Shown here piece by piece: positions 9,595 to 19,059 of a stretch of DNA of 64,000 nt. Below the pieces are notes generated by a model. The model worked only from the letters and a program-made list of their open reading frames with translations. It did no database searches and was not told the DNA's origin. Made by a program: the position numbers and the translations under genes. How positions within the stretch are numbered: the stretch's first letter is position 1; the number at the start of each line of letters is the position of its first letter. The stretch is from an uncultured Actinomycetes bacterium (lineage in GTDB: Bacteria > Actinomycetota > UBA4738 > HRBIN12). The stretch is taken from NCBI GenBank assembly GCA_963704725.1, contig OY969934.1:896001-960000 (forward strand), in the 5' to 3' direction.

Positions 9595-11067
9595 GTGCAG
9601 GGTCCGCACGATCCCGACGGCCACCACCCGGCCGATCCGCACGCTCCGTACCGGCGCCTCGATCACGACCGGTCGCCGTTCCTGTCGCGGCGGCGGTTCC
9701 TGAGGACGTCGGGTCTCGCGCTCGCCGGCGCCACGCTGTACGCGTGCACCGGCGGAGGCCGCAAGACGCCGGTCGTCGCCCCGACGGCCACGAGGTCGGT
9801 CGAGGCGATCGACACCCGCTGGCCGATCAAGCGCGTCGTGTACGTGATGCCCGAGAACCGGAGCTTCGACAACATCTTCGGGTCGTTCCCCGGCGCCAGC
9901 GGGGCGAGCACGGGTCTGAAGTTCGGGGAGGAGGTGCCGCTGACGCCGTCCCCGCACTGGCTCCCCGGCGATCTGCCGCACGACCGGGCCGCGTTCCTGC
10001 TCAGCGTCGACGAGGGAGCGTACGACGGCTTCGGGACCGGCCAGTTCGGGGATCCGTGGGCGTACACGAGGTTCGAAGGGAGCGCGGTCCCCATCTACTG
10101 GCAGCTCGCGGGCGACTACGTCCTGTGCGACAACTTCTTCTCCTCGGTCGGCGGCCCCTCGTACCCGAACCATCTGTTCTTCGTGGCCGGCCAGTCCGGC
10201 GGCGTGCTCGACAACCCGGAGAACATCGAGGTCCGCACGGACGAGCACGGTCAGTTCAAGAGCTGGGGCTGCGACGCCGTGGGCGAGAACGTGTTCGTTC
10301 TGGTGAAGGACGACAAGGGCAACCTCACGAAGCACGACACCTGCTTCACCTTCCGCACGGTTCCCGAGCAGCTTGAGGAGATCGGCGTGAGCTGGGCCTA
10401 CTACTCGGCCAGCCCCTACCAGAGCGGATACTTCTGGAACGCCCTCAACGCGATCGACGGCGTCTTCCACACCGACCTGTGGCGGGACGAGACGATCCGG
10501 CCGGTCGATCGGATCGTGGACGACATCCGCGCGGAGAGGCTGCCAGCCGTCACGTGGGTCACCCCGCGCTTCGAGCTCTCGGGGCACCCACCCGAGAGCA
10601 CGTGCTTCGCCCAGACCTGGCTCGCCGGCATCGTCGACGCGGTGATGCAGAGCGACGCGTGGAAGCACACGGCCCTGTTCATCTCGTGGGACATGTGGGG
10701 CGGGCTCTACGACCACGTCGCGCCGCGAGCGGTGGACGACATCGGCCGCGGCTTCCGGGTTCCGACGCTGGTCGTCTCGCCGTACGCGAGGAAGGGGTAC
10801 GTCGACGACGCCGAGGCCGACCACTGCGCGCCGCTCAAGTTCATCGAGGACAACTGGGGCCTGCCGTACCTCACCGCGCGCATCGAGGGCAGCCACAACT
10901 TCGAGCACGTCTTCGACTTCGGATCCGACCCGCGGGCGGACGCGCGTCCCGCGCCGCGGATCGGACGCTGCTACGGCTCGCCGTGGCGGTACCCCGGGGA
11001 CGACTACCCGGGCTGGCCCGAGGGCACCGAGCCCGACGAGAGTCACTTCGTCCAGCAGGGGCCGTAG
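9595..11067 (+). CDS. phosphoesterase / phospholipase C-acid phosphatase family, Tat-exported lipoprotein
   Basis: 'ENRSFDNIFG', 'YVLCDNFFSSVGGPSYPNH', 'GFRVPTLVVSPYA'; Tat motif SRRRFL followed by lipobox-like LYAC. Confidence 0.88.
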   Translation: MQGPHDPDGHHPADPHAPYRRLDHDRSPFLSRRRFLRTSGLALAGATLYACTGGGRKTPVVAPTATRSVEAIDTRWPIKRVVYVMPENRSFDNIFGSFPGASGASTGLKFGEEVPLTPSPHWLPGDLPHDRAAFLLSVDEGAYDGFGTGQFGDPWAYTRFEGSAVPIYWQLAGDYVLCDNFFSSVGGPSYPNHLFFVAGQSGGVLDNPENIEVRTDEHGQFKSWGCDAVGENVFVLVKDDKGNLTKHDTCFTFRTVPEQLEEIGVSWAYYSASPYQSGYFWNALNAIDGVFHTDLWRDETIRPVDRIVDDIRAERLPAVTWVTPRFELSGHPPESTCFAQTWLAGIVDAVMQSDAWKHTALFISWDMWGGLYDHVAPRAVDDIGRGFRVPTLVVSPYARKGYVDDAEADHCAPLKFIEDNWGLPYLTARIEGSHNFEHVFDFGSDPRADARPAPRIGRCYGSPWRYPGDDYPGWPEGTEPDESHFVQQGP

Positions 11068-11104
11068 GTCTCGGCCGGGTAGTGGTTCAGTCTGAGGTTG
11101 CCGC

Positions 11105-11374
11105 TCAGCCGTGAAGAGCCCAGTCGATCAGGTGAATAAGTCCGACGGTCGCAAGGATCGCAGCGACCAGGCCTGCGAAGACGAGCATCGCCGTGAGTGC
11201 CGCCGTCATGACCTTCCTTCGGATGCGCTTGGGCGACCGGAACCATGTGATGACCGCTGCGGGGAAGGACACACCCGTCCACTTCATCCACGGTTCTGTG
11301 GGCAGTCGACTCTCGGCTGGCTCAAAGGGAGCCGGCCGAGAGTCTTGCAGGGGATTCTCGCGCTTTCGGCCCAT
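11105..11374 (-). CDS. small single-TM hypothetical protein (IS passenger)
   Basis: 89-aa ORF starting 6 nt after the transposase-fragment stop; C-terminal hydrophobic helix. Confidence 0.45.
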   Translation of the reverse strand: MGRKRENPLQDSRPAPFEPAESRLPTEPWMKWTGVSFPAAVITWFRSPKRIRRKVMTAALTAMLVFAGLVAAILATVGLIHLIDWALHG

Positions 11375-11380
11375 CGCTCA

Positions 11381-11539
11381 TTATCTCGGCAGAGCAGTGA
11401 TCGCCTGGAGTGTCCAGATGTGATCGGCCACCCCCGCGGCCATGGCTGGAGTCCGCGGGTGGGGGGCCGCGAGGCGCTTGGGCGACCGAGCGAAGTTGTG
11501 ATGGAGCAAGTGCAAGCTCACGGCCGCCGTCAGATTCTC
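11381..11539 (-). pseudogene. IS1-family-like DDE transposase, C-terminal fragment
   Basis: Manual translation ENLTAAVSLHLLHHNFARSPKRLAAPHPRTPAMAAGVADHIWTLQAITALPR*, matching the 'YNFxR...TPAMAAGxxDHxW' tail; in-frame TGA just upstream. Confidence 0.75.
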
Positions 11540-11574
11540 GGATCATCCGGTCTCGAGGGATATCGTTGCGGTCG

Positions 11575-11904
11575 ATGCGGGTCGACGAGGCGCTCCTGGC
11601 GCGGCTGCGGGTCCACCTGAGCGAGATGGCGGACGTCCAGGAGAAGGCGATGTTCGGGGGCATCGGCTTCATGCTCCGGGGCAACCTGCTGTGCGGCGTG
11701 ATGGGTGACGAGCTATTGGTTCGCATCGCCAAGCAGGATCAGGATCGCGCCATCGGGGACGGAGGCGCCCATCCCATGGTGATGGGCGGCCGATCGAGCA
11801 AGGGCTGGATCCTCGTTCCCTCATCGGGGGTCGCGACCAAGCGGGACCTGAAGCGATGGGTCGACCGCGCGGTCGGGTTCGTGGGCGCCATGCCGGCGAA
11901 GTAG
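11575..11904 (+). CDS. TfoX/Sxy N-terminal domain protein
   Basis: 'EKAMFGGIGFMLRGNLLCGVMGDELLVRI...WVDRAVGFV'. Confidence 0.85.
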   Translation: MRVDEALLARLRVHLSEMADVQEKAMFGGIGFMLRGNLLCGVMGDELLVRIAKQDQDRAIGDGGAHPMVMGGRSSKGWILVPSSGVATKRDLKRWVDRAVGFVGAMPAK

Positions 11905-11941
11905 CGCCCGCGCGGTGCCGCCACGGTGGCAAGATGTCCCC

Positions 11942-12220
11942 GTGGAGGACCGTGAGCTCCTCGAGCTGGCGGAGCAGGCCCTGACCGAGATCAAGGTCGC
12001 CCAGGGCCTGTCCGAGCGCCAGGCCTCGGTCCTGGCCGCGCTGCGGATCCGGCTGAAGGGGAGCGCGGGGAAGTCGCTCGAGGAGATGCTGGAGGCCGCC
12101 GGCGACCTCGAGCCCAACCGCCTCGAGGAGAAGATGGCCGAGGTGGAGCGCAAGCCCAAGCCCTCGCTCGACGACCTGCTGAAGGGCGACCCCAAGCCCA
12201 AGCGCGACTGGCCCGCCTGA
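11942..12220 (+). CDS. small helical hypothetical protein
   Basis: Strong GC3 codon bias and Lys/Glu-rich helical sequence; start may be 11915. Confidence 0.7.
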   Translation: MEDRELLELAEQALTEIKVAQGLSERQASVLAALRIRLKGSAGKSLEEMLEAAGDLEPNRLEEKMAEVERKPKPSLDDLLKGDPKPKRDWPA

Positions 12221-12302
12221 GGCCGGGCCGAGCTCGTTCCCCGAGCGCCCTCAAGCGCGCCGCGACCGAGCCCGAGAACCACTAGAGGGCCCGAACGCGA
12301 GG

Positions 12303-13406
12303 ATGCTCATGGACGTAGCCGATCTGCTCCGCTACGCGGTCGAACGGGGGGCGAGCGACCTCCATCTTTCCGCCGGGAACGTGCCGTTCATCCGGGTGGA
12401 CGGCGAGCTCCTGCCCGCCGCCTTCCCGTCCATGGACGCGACGGACACCGACGAGGCCGCGGAGCTCCTGCTGCCCCCCCACAAGGCCTCGGAGTTCGCC
12501 CGGACGAACGAGGCCGACTTCGCGTTCACGCTCGAGGGCGTGGGGCGGTTCCGGGTCAACGTGCTCCGCCAGCGCGGGTCGGTGGCCCTCGCCGTCCGGC
12601 GGGTGGCCTCCGAGGGCCAGACCTTCGCCGAGCTGAACCTGCCCGAGGTGATCCAGACCCTGTGCGACGCCCGCCGGGGGCTGGTGCTGGTCACCGGACC
12701 CACCGGCGCCGGCAAGACCAGCACGATCGCGTCGATGATCGGCTTCATCAACCGGACCCGCCGGGCGCACGTGGTGACGATCGAGGACCCCGTCGAGGTG
12801 ATCCACACCGACGACATGTCGGTGATCTGGCAGCGCGAGATCGGTCCCGACACCGAGTCGTACGCCGCCGGTCTCCGCCAGGTCCTTCGGCAGGACCCCG
12901 ACGTGATCTTCGTCGGCGAGATCCGAGACGCCGACGCCGCGCTCTCGGCGATCCAGGCCGCGCAGACCGGACACCTCGTCCTGTCGACGATGCACACGAT
13001 CGACGCCGCCGAGACGATCACGCGCGTGGTCGACCTGTTCCCCCAGCGACAGCAGGAGCAGGTCCGGGCCTCGCTGTCGGGGGCCCTGCGCGGCATCGTC
13101 TCGCAGCGGCTCCTCGAGCGGCTGGACGGCCGCGGCCGGATCCCCGCCGTCGAGATCCTCATCAACACCGGCCGGGTCTCCGAGCGGATCCTCGACCCGG
13201 CGACCACGACCGAGCTCACGGACGTGATGGCCGAGAGCCGGTTCGACGGCATGCAGACGTTCGATCAGTCGCTGCTCGAGCTGGCCAGGGCCGGCCTGGT
13301 GGCCGACGATGACGCCCGGGCCGTGGCCACCAACCCGCACGACTTCGACCTTGCGCTCCGCGGCGAGATGGCACAGGCGCGAGGCGCCGCAGCACTGGGG
13401 GCCTGA
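12303..13406 (+). CDS. pilT: PilT/PilU-family type IV pilus retraction ATPase
   Basis: 'ASDLHL', Walker A GPTGAGKTS, Asp box 'IEDPVE', 'LRQDPDVIFVGEIRD', His box 'TGHLVLSTMHT', 'GMQTFDQSL'. Confidence 0.92.
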   Translation: MLMDVADLLRYAVERGASDLHLSAGNVPFIRVDGELLPAAFPSMDATDTDEAAELLLPPHKASEFARTNEADFAFTLEGVGRFRVNVLRQRGSVALAVRRVASEGQTFAELNLPEVIQTLCDARRGLVLVTGPTGAGKTSTIASMIGFINRTRRAHVVTIEDPVEVIHTDDMSVIWQREIGPDTESYAAGLRQVLRQDPDVIFVGEIRDADAALSAIQAAQTGHLVLSTMHTIDAAETITRVVDLFPQRQQEQVRASLSGALRGIVSQRLLERLDGRGRIPAVEILINTGRVSERILDPATTTELTDVMAESRFDGMQTFDQSLLELARAGLVADDDARAVATNPHDFDLALRGEMAQARGAAALGA

Positions 13407-13429
13407 CCGCCGTGGAAGCGCTCGCGGGA

Positions 13430-16400
13430 ATGCCCACGCAGGGAGCGTGCGAGCGCTGCGGCGGCGACAACTCCCCACGAGCCCGGTTCTGCCAGCACTG
13501 CGGTTCGGCGCTCCCCTGGGACGACCCGGTCGAGGGCGGCGCGCCCGGCGAGCTGGACGCGTCCCTCCCGGACGCCGGGTTCGAACCGGCCGATGCCGCC
13601 CCGATCGTGACCGCCGTCGTGTGCGAGCTCTCCGTGGAACCGGCGACGGATGGCGACGTCGATGGATGGGGCGCCGCACCCGCGCCCGAGGTCTCCCAGG
13701 AGACGCTCGACGTCGCCCGCGAGACCCTCGGTCGGTTCGGCGCGGCGGTCGAGGATCTCCCCGGCGCGGCCGACACGCTGGCGGCGGTGTTCGGGCCGGA
13801 GCCGGGGGACGGTGACGGGCCGATCATGGCCGTCCGCGCGGCCGACGAGCTCCGCCGGACCTTGGAGGGCGGCGCGGTTCGCGTCCGCGCCGGCGTGGGC
13901 ACCGCCGAGATCGTCGGCGAGGGGCGGGGCGACGAGACCCTGTGGCGGGAGCGCGTGGTGGACCTTGCGACGGGCCTGCAGCGCAGGGCGGCCGTGGGAG
14001 AGGTCATCGTGGCCGACGGCGTGCTCCGCCGGATCCACGGCGCGGCCGAGGTCGAGCCGGTCGACCCGTACGCGCGGATCGACGGGGACGGTTCCACGGG
14101 GCCGGTCCGGCTGCTCCACGTCGATCCCGATCCACCGACGGTGTGGATCGGGTGGCCGTCGCTGGCGGGACGCGACGCGGAGCGGGATCGCATCCGCTCG
14201 GCGTTCGCACGTGCCGTGGCCGAGCGGATCGGTGTGGTGGTGCGGATCTTCGGAGACCCGGGCGTGGGCAAGAGCCGGCTGGCCGAGGAGTGCCTGCGCG
14301 AGCTCTCGGCCGACGGATCGGCGCGCACGGTGTCCGTGCCGTGGGGCCCGGCAGCCGAGCCGGGCGGCCCGTCCTCGCTGGCCGCACTGGTCGAGGTGGT
14401 CGCCGGTCTCACCCCGTCCGCCGATGCCGACCGGGTGCGAGCCGGGGTGGACGGCCTGCTCGAGGGGCGCCCCGACGCCGACCGCGTGGCGGCGCGACTC
14501 CTGCCGGCCCTCGGCGTGGCCGGGGCCGCCGATGCGCAGGGGACGGGGTGGGCCCTCGGACGCTTCCTCGAGGCCGCGGCCTCGGAGCTGCCCCTGGCCG
14601 TCCTCGTGGAGGACTGCGACCGGGCGGTGCCGTGGTTCCTCGAGCTCCTTCGCTCCGCGGTCGTGCGCGCCCGGAGCCCGGTCCTGGTCCTGGCGACGGG
14701 GGCCGCCGACGGGTGGCCGACCGCATGGGAACGCGAGCCGGTCGAACAGCTCCGGATCGATCCGCTCGGTCCGGAGGCGATGGGCTCGCTCCTGAACGAC
14801 CTCCTGCTCAACCCCGACACGCCGGCATCCGCCCGCGATGCGCTGATCGCCGCCTCGCACGGCAACGCGTTGCAGGCCGAGCATCTGGTTGCGGCGCTCG
14901 TCGACCGGGGCTTCCTCCGGTGGCACCATCGCCGGTGGGTTCCCGTCGAGGATCTCGAGCTCCCCGCCCCGGACCTGCGCTCGCTCGTCTCCCTTCGCCT
15001 GCAGGACCTCGAGCCGACCGAGCGCGCCTGTCTCGGGCTGCTGGCCGTGGCCGGAGCCGAGATCCCCTCGGGGCTCGTCGAGGAGCTGGTACCGAACGAC
15101 GACGACGCCTCCATCCGCGACCGCCTGGCCTCGCTCGTCGCCAAGCGCTTCCTCCGGGCCGAGACCGACGCAGAGCAGGAGTCCTACGTCTTCCATCACG
15201 AGCTGGTGCGCGACGTCGCCCGGGCCGAGGTCCCGCCCGAGACCGGGTCCGAGGTCCACGAGCGGTGCGCGCTGTGGCTGCAGGAGCGATACGGGGCGCG
15301 GCTGTGGCGCCACGCCCAGGCGATCGCGGCTCATCTGGAGGCCGACGTGCGGTTCGGCCTTGAGCGGGGTTCGGCCGTGGGCGACGCCGGGCGCCGGGCC
15401 GCCGACTTCCTCGGCTCGACGGCGGAGATCCTCTCGGCGCTCGGCGACGAGGAGGGGAGCTTGGCGATCCTGGAGCGCGCCCCCGGACTGCTCGATCCGG
15501 ACGACCCGACCCGGGCGGGGACCCTGCTCCGCACGGCGACGGCGGTCGCCGCCTCGGGCCGGTCCACCACCGCGGATCGGCTCTCGATCCAGGCGGCGCG
15601 AGCGGCGCGCGAGACGGGGGACGGCGCGACGGACGCACGGGCGCGGCTGCTCAGGGCCGTGCTCGCGGACGGAGGACGGAGCTACGGTCGGATGGAATCG
15701 ATCTGGGAGGTCGCGGAGCAGGCCGAGATCGCCTGCCGGGACGCCGAGGACGACGCCGGCCTGTCGGAGGCATGGGCGGCCCGGGCGGCGGTCCATCGCC
15801 GATGGGGGCACTGGGCGGCCGCCGCCGACGACGCGGAACGGTCCGCGGACCACGCCGCCCGAGCCGGGCTCCTGCACGAGGAGTCCGAGGCGCTCCGGAT
15901 GCTGGTCCGGTGTCTCGAGGGATCGCCCGCGCCGATGGAGGAGTCGATCGATCGATGCCGGGCGGTGCTGGCACGGGCCGGTGGCCGGAGGCAGGTGGAA
16001 GAGGAGGCGTCCGGGGTCCTCGCGATCCTGCTGGCCCGCCACGGCTCGTTCGAGGAGGCCGAGCGGCACGTCGCCGCGGCCCGGAGCGCCGCCGAGGAGT
16101 CGGAGCCGGGGACCGGTCTCGCGCGCGCCCTGCATCGCGCCGCCGCTGTGGAGACCCTGGCGGGACGGCTCGAGCGGGCCGAGGAGCTCCTGGTGCAAGC
16201 TCGCGATGTGGCGGTCGGGTCGGCGGACGAACGGACCGGAGCGGCGATCGGCGCCACGCTCGCCCACGTGATGCTCGACGCGGGGCGCGCCGAGGAGGCT
16301 CGGCAGCTCCTGGAGGAGGTGGAGCGGACCGCGGCCGCGGACGACGTGGTCACGCAGGTGGTCTGGCGCTCGGGCCGGGCCCGGGCGCTCGCGTCCTTGG

Positions 16401-16924
16401 AGCAGACGGAACAGGCCCGTGAGCTCGCCCGCCAGGCGATCCGGCTCGCCGAGCAGACGGACCTCATGGACCTGCGGGCGCGCGCCCTGCTCGCGCTGGC
16501 CGAGGTGCTCCGGGCGGAGGGTCGCACCAACGAGGCGGCGGCGTTCGCGCGCCGCGCCCTCCGGGCGCTCGAGCGGCGGGGAGCCACGGTCCCGGCTCAG
16601 CAGGCCCGGTCGGTCCTGGCGTCGCTCGATCGTCCCGCCGCCGCGCTGCCCGACGCGCCCCCGGATGTGCCGGCGGACGGGGATCCCGGCTCGCCCGGGG
16701 ACGAGGTCCCGTCGCCCCCCGAGCCATCGGAGAGGTGGCCGAACGGCGACGCCGACGTCGTCGGTGAGGAGCCGCGGCACTCTCCGTTCGCCGACATCGC
16801 TTTCGGCGGCGGGGGCGACCGGTCACCCGAACCCGCACCCGTGCCGGCGGCCCCGGATCCGGACCCGGAGCCGAGTGGTGACGGGGCGACCTCGAGCTCC
16901 TGGTGGTCGTTCGGGAAGCGCTGA
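13430..16924 (+). CDS. double zinc ribbon + degenerate class III cyclase + STAND AAA ATPase + TPR protein
   Basis: CERC...FCQHCG; cyclase-like 'VRAGVGTAEI'; Walker A GDPGVGKSRL; 'SHGNAL'; 'YVFHHELVRDVA'; helical repeats. Confidence 0.85.
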   Translation: MPTQGACERCGGDNSPRARFCQHCGSALPWDDPVEGGAPGELDASLPDAGFEPADAAPIVTAVVCELSVEPATDGDVDGWGAAPAPEVSQETLDVARETLGRFGAAVEDLPGAADTLAAVFGPEPGDGDGPIMAVRAADELRRTLEGGAVRVRAGVGTAEIVGEGRGDETLWRERVVDLATGLQRRAAVGEVIVADGVLRRIHGAAEVEPVDPYARIDGDGSTGPVRLLHVDPDPPTVWIGWPSLAGRDAERDRIRSAFARAVAERIGVVVRIFGDPGVGKSRLAEECLRELSADGSARTVSVPWGPAAEPGGPSSLAALVEVVAGLTPSADADRVRAGVDGLLEGRPDADRVAARLLPALGVAGAADAQGTGWALGRFLEAAASELPLAVLVEDCDRAVPWFLELLRSAVVRARSPVLVLATGAADGWPTAWEREPVEQLRIDPLGPEAMGSLLNDLLLNPDTPASARDALIAASHGNALQAEHLVAALVDRGFLRWHHRRWVPVEDLELPAPDLRSLVSLRLQDLEPTERACLGLLAVAGAEIPSGLVEELVPNDDDASIRDRLASLVAKRFLRAETDAEQESYVFHHELVRDVARAEVPPETGSEVHERCALWLQERYGARLWRHAQAIAAHLEADVRFGLERGSAVGDAGRRAADFLGSTAEILSALGDEEGSLAILERAPGLLDPDDPTRAGTLLRTATAVAASGRSTTADRLSIQAARAARETGDGATDARARLLRAVLADGGRSYGRMESIWEVAEQAEIACRDAEDDAGLSEAWAARAAVHRRWGHWAAAADDAERSADHAARAGLLHEESEALRMLVRCLEGSPAPMEESIDRCRAVLARAGGRRQVEEEASGVLAILLARHGSFEEAERHVAAARSAAEESEPGTGLARALHRAAAVETLAGRLERAEELLVQARDVAVGSADERTGAAIGATLAHVMLDAGRAEEARQLLEEVERTAAADDVVTQVVWRSGRARALASLEQTEQARELARQAIRLAEQTDLMDLRARALLALAEVLRAEGRTNEAAAFARRALRALERRGATVPAQQARSVLASLDRPAAALPDAPPDVPADGDPGSPGDEVPSPPEPSERWPNGDADVVGEEPRHSPFADIAFGGGGDRSPEPAPVPAAPDPDPEPSGDGATSSSWWSFGKR

Positions 16925-16980
16925 GCTCCGCCATCGCCTCCCATCGGTCGAGACGCGATGGGCTCGAGCGGGTCTTCGGT

Positions 16981-17319
16981 TCAGCCCTCGGTTACGACGG
17001 CCGGGAGCTCGGAGACGAGCGGGTGATCGAGCCCGAGCGCGTCGAACGCCACCGCTCCGCCCGGCGCACCGAGCCCGCTGACGGTAGGACCGAAGAACTC
17101 GCGCTCGACCTGCGCGTAGTGCTGCCATTCGGGGGGCAGGTCGTCCTGGTGGAAGATCGCCGTCACCGGGCACACCGGCTCGCACGCACCGCAGTCGACG
17201 CACTCGTCGGGATGGATGTAACCCTTGCGGAGCCCGTCGTAGATGCAGTCGACCGGACACTCGTCGACGCACGACCGGTCGTGCACGTCGACACAGGGTT
17301 CCGCGATGACGTACGCCAT
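16981..17319 (-). CDS. fdxA: 7Fe ferredoxin ([3Fe-4S]/[4Fe-4S])
   Basis: 'MAYVIAEPCVDVHDRSCVDECPVDCIY...IHPDECVDCGACEPVCPV'; AAGGAGG RBS. Confidence 0.95.
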   Translation of the reverse strand: MAYVIAEPCVDVHDRSCVDECPVDCIYDGLRKGYIHPDECVDCGACEPVCPVTAIFHQDDLPPEWQHYAQVEREFFGPTVSGLGAPGGAVAFDALGLDHPLVSELPAVVTEG

Positions 17320-17527
17320 GGCGCCTCCTTTATCGGTGAGCCTTCGCAGACCACGGTAAGGGGCGGGCCGGCAACGGCATCCCAACGTGAGGCAATGGAT
17401 CGGGAAAGAACGCTCGGGACGTCAGCCCGACGCGTCGGTGACCGCGTACAGGCGCCACCCGGGTAGGCACGCCCTTGGGGGCGTGCTCGCCCCGGTCGTC
17501 GATCCCGCCGACGCCCTCGTCGCGCTC

Positions 17528-18079
17528 TCAGCCCTTGGGCCCGGGGATCCCGAGTGGTCGTCCGTTGAGGGTCGCGGTCAGGTCCGTCGGGACCGCGGTC
17601 CGGAAGGTCTGCGCCGCATGACACGCCCGCTCAGCGTGCGCGACGAGCCTGGCCACGTCCGGCTCGGGCGCGGGGCTGCGGACCTCGAGGTGGAACGTGA
17701 CGTTCTGGAACGCGCCCGGCGGACCTCCGAGATCGAACTTGTCCGCGACGCTGAACGACGCCCGCACGTCGACCTCGGCGTCCTCGATCTCGACTTCATA
17801 CAGTGGCGAAAACTTCGCCAGCTGGGTCAACAGTCAGAAGGCCGCACCCGCGACGACGTACTGCAGCGGCGCGGGAGCGAGGTCGTCGCCCCCTCGCTCG
17901 GCCGGCTCGTCCGACTCGATACGGAACCGCCCGATCCGGCCGGTCATGTGCAGGTTCCGGTCGATGCGCGCCACGGCCCGCTGGGTGAGCACCGGCACCT
18001 GCTTCGTGTGTTCGCGGCTCTCCTCGTAGGCTCGCCGCATCTTCTCCAGGTCGACCCGGCCGGTCGGCTCGTCGCCCAT
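17528..18079 (-). CDS. OsmC/Ohr-family protein with in-frame UGA at the first catalytic Cys position (probable selenoprotein, Sec82, 183 aa)
   Basis: ORFs 17834-18079 and 17528-17830 are in the same frame: '...SDEPAERGGDDLAPAPLQYVVAGAAF-UGA-LLTQLAKF...AERACHAAQTF'; GGAGGA RBS. Confidence 0.85.
17790..17830 (-). promoter_or_regulatory. bacterial SECIS-like hairpin
   Basis: After UGA: TTGAC-C-CAG-C-TGGCGAA-GTT-TTCGCCA-CTG-TATGAA-GTCGA; 7-bp upper stem, apical loop starting with G 21 nt after the UGA. Confidence 0.75.
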
Positions 18080-18234
18080 GTCGTCCTCCCCCCTCTCGAC
18101 GCGCTCACTGCGAGCGAGCAGCCTACCCCGGCGAAGGATGCCACCTGCGCGGCGGCACCCGGGCCCTCCCTTCGGACGCGGCTCGGCGGCCCCGGAAGCC
18201 CCGGCTTGACCGGCGCATGCGGCTCGTGGTTTGG

Positions 18235-18278
18235 TTGGTCTGACAAACAGGTCAGCAGACGGTCTGAGACGGTCTGAG
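18235..18278. promoter_or_regulatory. putative FadR operator array
   Basis: TTGGTCTGACAAA (FadR-type TGGTC-N-GACCA-like), palindrome CAGACGGTCTG, tandem AGACGGTCTG x2, all in the divergent osmC/fadR spacer. Confidence 0.6.
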
Positions 18279-18330
18279 TCAGTCTCGATGACCGTCCGCC
18301 GACTTCAGGGGAACTCGTCCGAACGAGGCG

Positions 18331-19059
18331 GTGGGGGTGCAGCAGCAGTTCGGGCCGATCGAGCGACGCAAGGTCTACGAGCTCGTCGCCGATCGCCTGG
18401 TCGAGGAGATCTCGGCGCGCCGGCTCAAGCCCGGCGACCCGATCCCGGCCGAGCGGCAGCTCGCGGAGACCCTGTCGGTCGGCCGCTCCTCGATCCGCGA
18501 GGCGCTCCGGATGCTCGAGTCCCGCGGCCTGATCATCTCCCTCGGCCACGGCGCCTTCACGGTGGCCGAGTATGGGAACCCGCTCAACGCGTCGCTCGCC
18601 CTGCTCGTCGAGATGCGCCACGGCGACCTGCAGGAGCTGTTCGAGGTGCGCAAGGTGCTCGAGGTCGAGATGGCCGGCATCGCGGCGGAGCGGAGGTCCG
18701 AGGTGGACCTGGAGCGCATGCGCCGGGCCATCGAGGCCATGGACGAGGGGATCGGCGTGGCCGACCGCTACATCGCCGGCGACCTCGAGTTCCACCAGGC
18801 GGTGGTGGCGGCGACCGGCAACCGGATCGCGCGCTCGGTGATGGAGGCGATCCGCGACGTGATGCGCCTCGCGCTGTTCGAGATCTACCGGATCCCCGGC
18901 AGCCCCGAGCGGTCGATGGAGCAGCATCGCCGGATCCTGGAGGCCGTCGCGCAAGGCGATCCCGATCTGGCCCGCGAACGCGTCCGCGAGCACCTGGTCC
19001 GTGTCGAGAGCGAGATCGTCGCCCCGCCGCACGCCGGGGAGGACGGGGCCGATGGCTGA
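18331..19059 (+). CDS. FadR/GntR-family transcriptional regulator
   Basis: 'LKPGDPIPAERQLAETLSVGRSSIREAL'; FCD domain 'DLEFHQAVVAATGN...QHRRILEAV'. Confidence 0.95.
   Translation: MGVQQQFGPIERRKVYELVADRLVEEISARRLKPGDPIPAERQLAETLSVGRSSIREALRMLESRGLIISLGHGAFTVAEYGNPLNASLALLVEMRHGDLQELFEVRKVLEVEMAGIAAERRSEVDLERMRRAIEAMDEGIGVADRYIAGDLEFHQAVVAATGNRIARSVMEAIRDVMRLALFEIYRIPGSPERSMEQHRRILEAVAQGDPDLARERVREHLVRVESEIVAPPHAGEDGADG

Larger units (their letters stand above)
11078..11539 (-). mobile_element. IS1-family-like element remnant (transposase C-terminus, passenger ORF, one terminal repeat)
   Basis: Terminal-repeat-like GGTAGTGGTTCAGTCTGA at 11078-11095; transposase tail at 11381-11539; locally lower GC. 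Confidence 0.65.

Noticed and set aside
17528-18079. Two separate small genes or a nonsense pseudogene
   Set aside because: The stop is UGA exactly at the catalytic Cys column and is followed by a SECIS-like hairpin, so read-through is more parsimonious (not proven)
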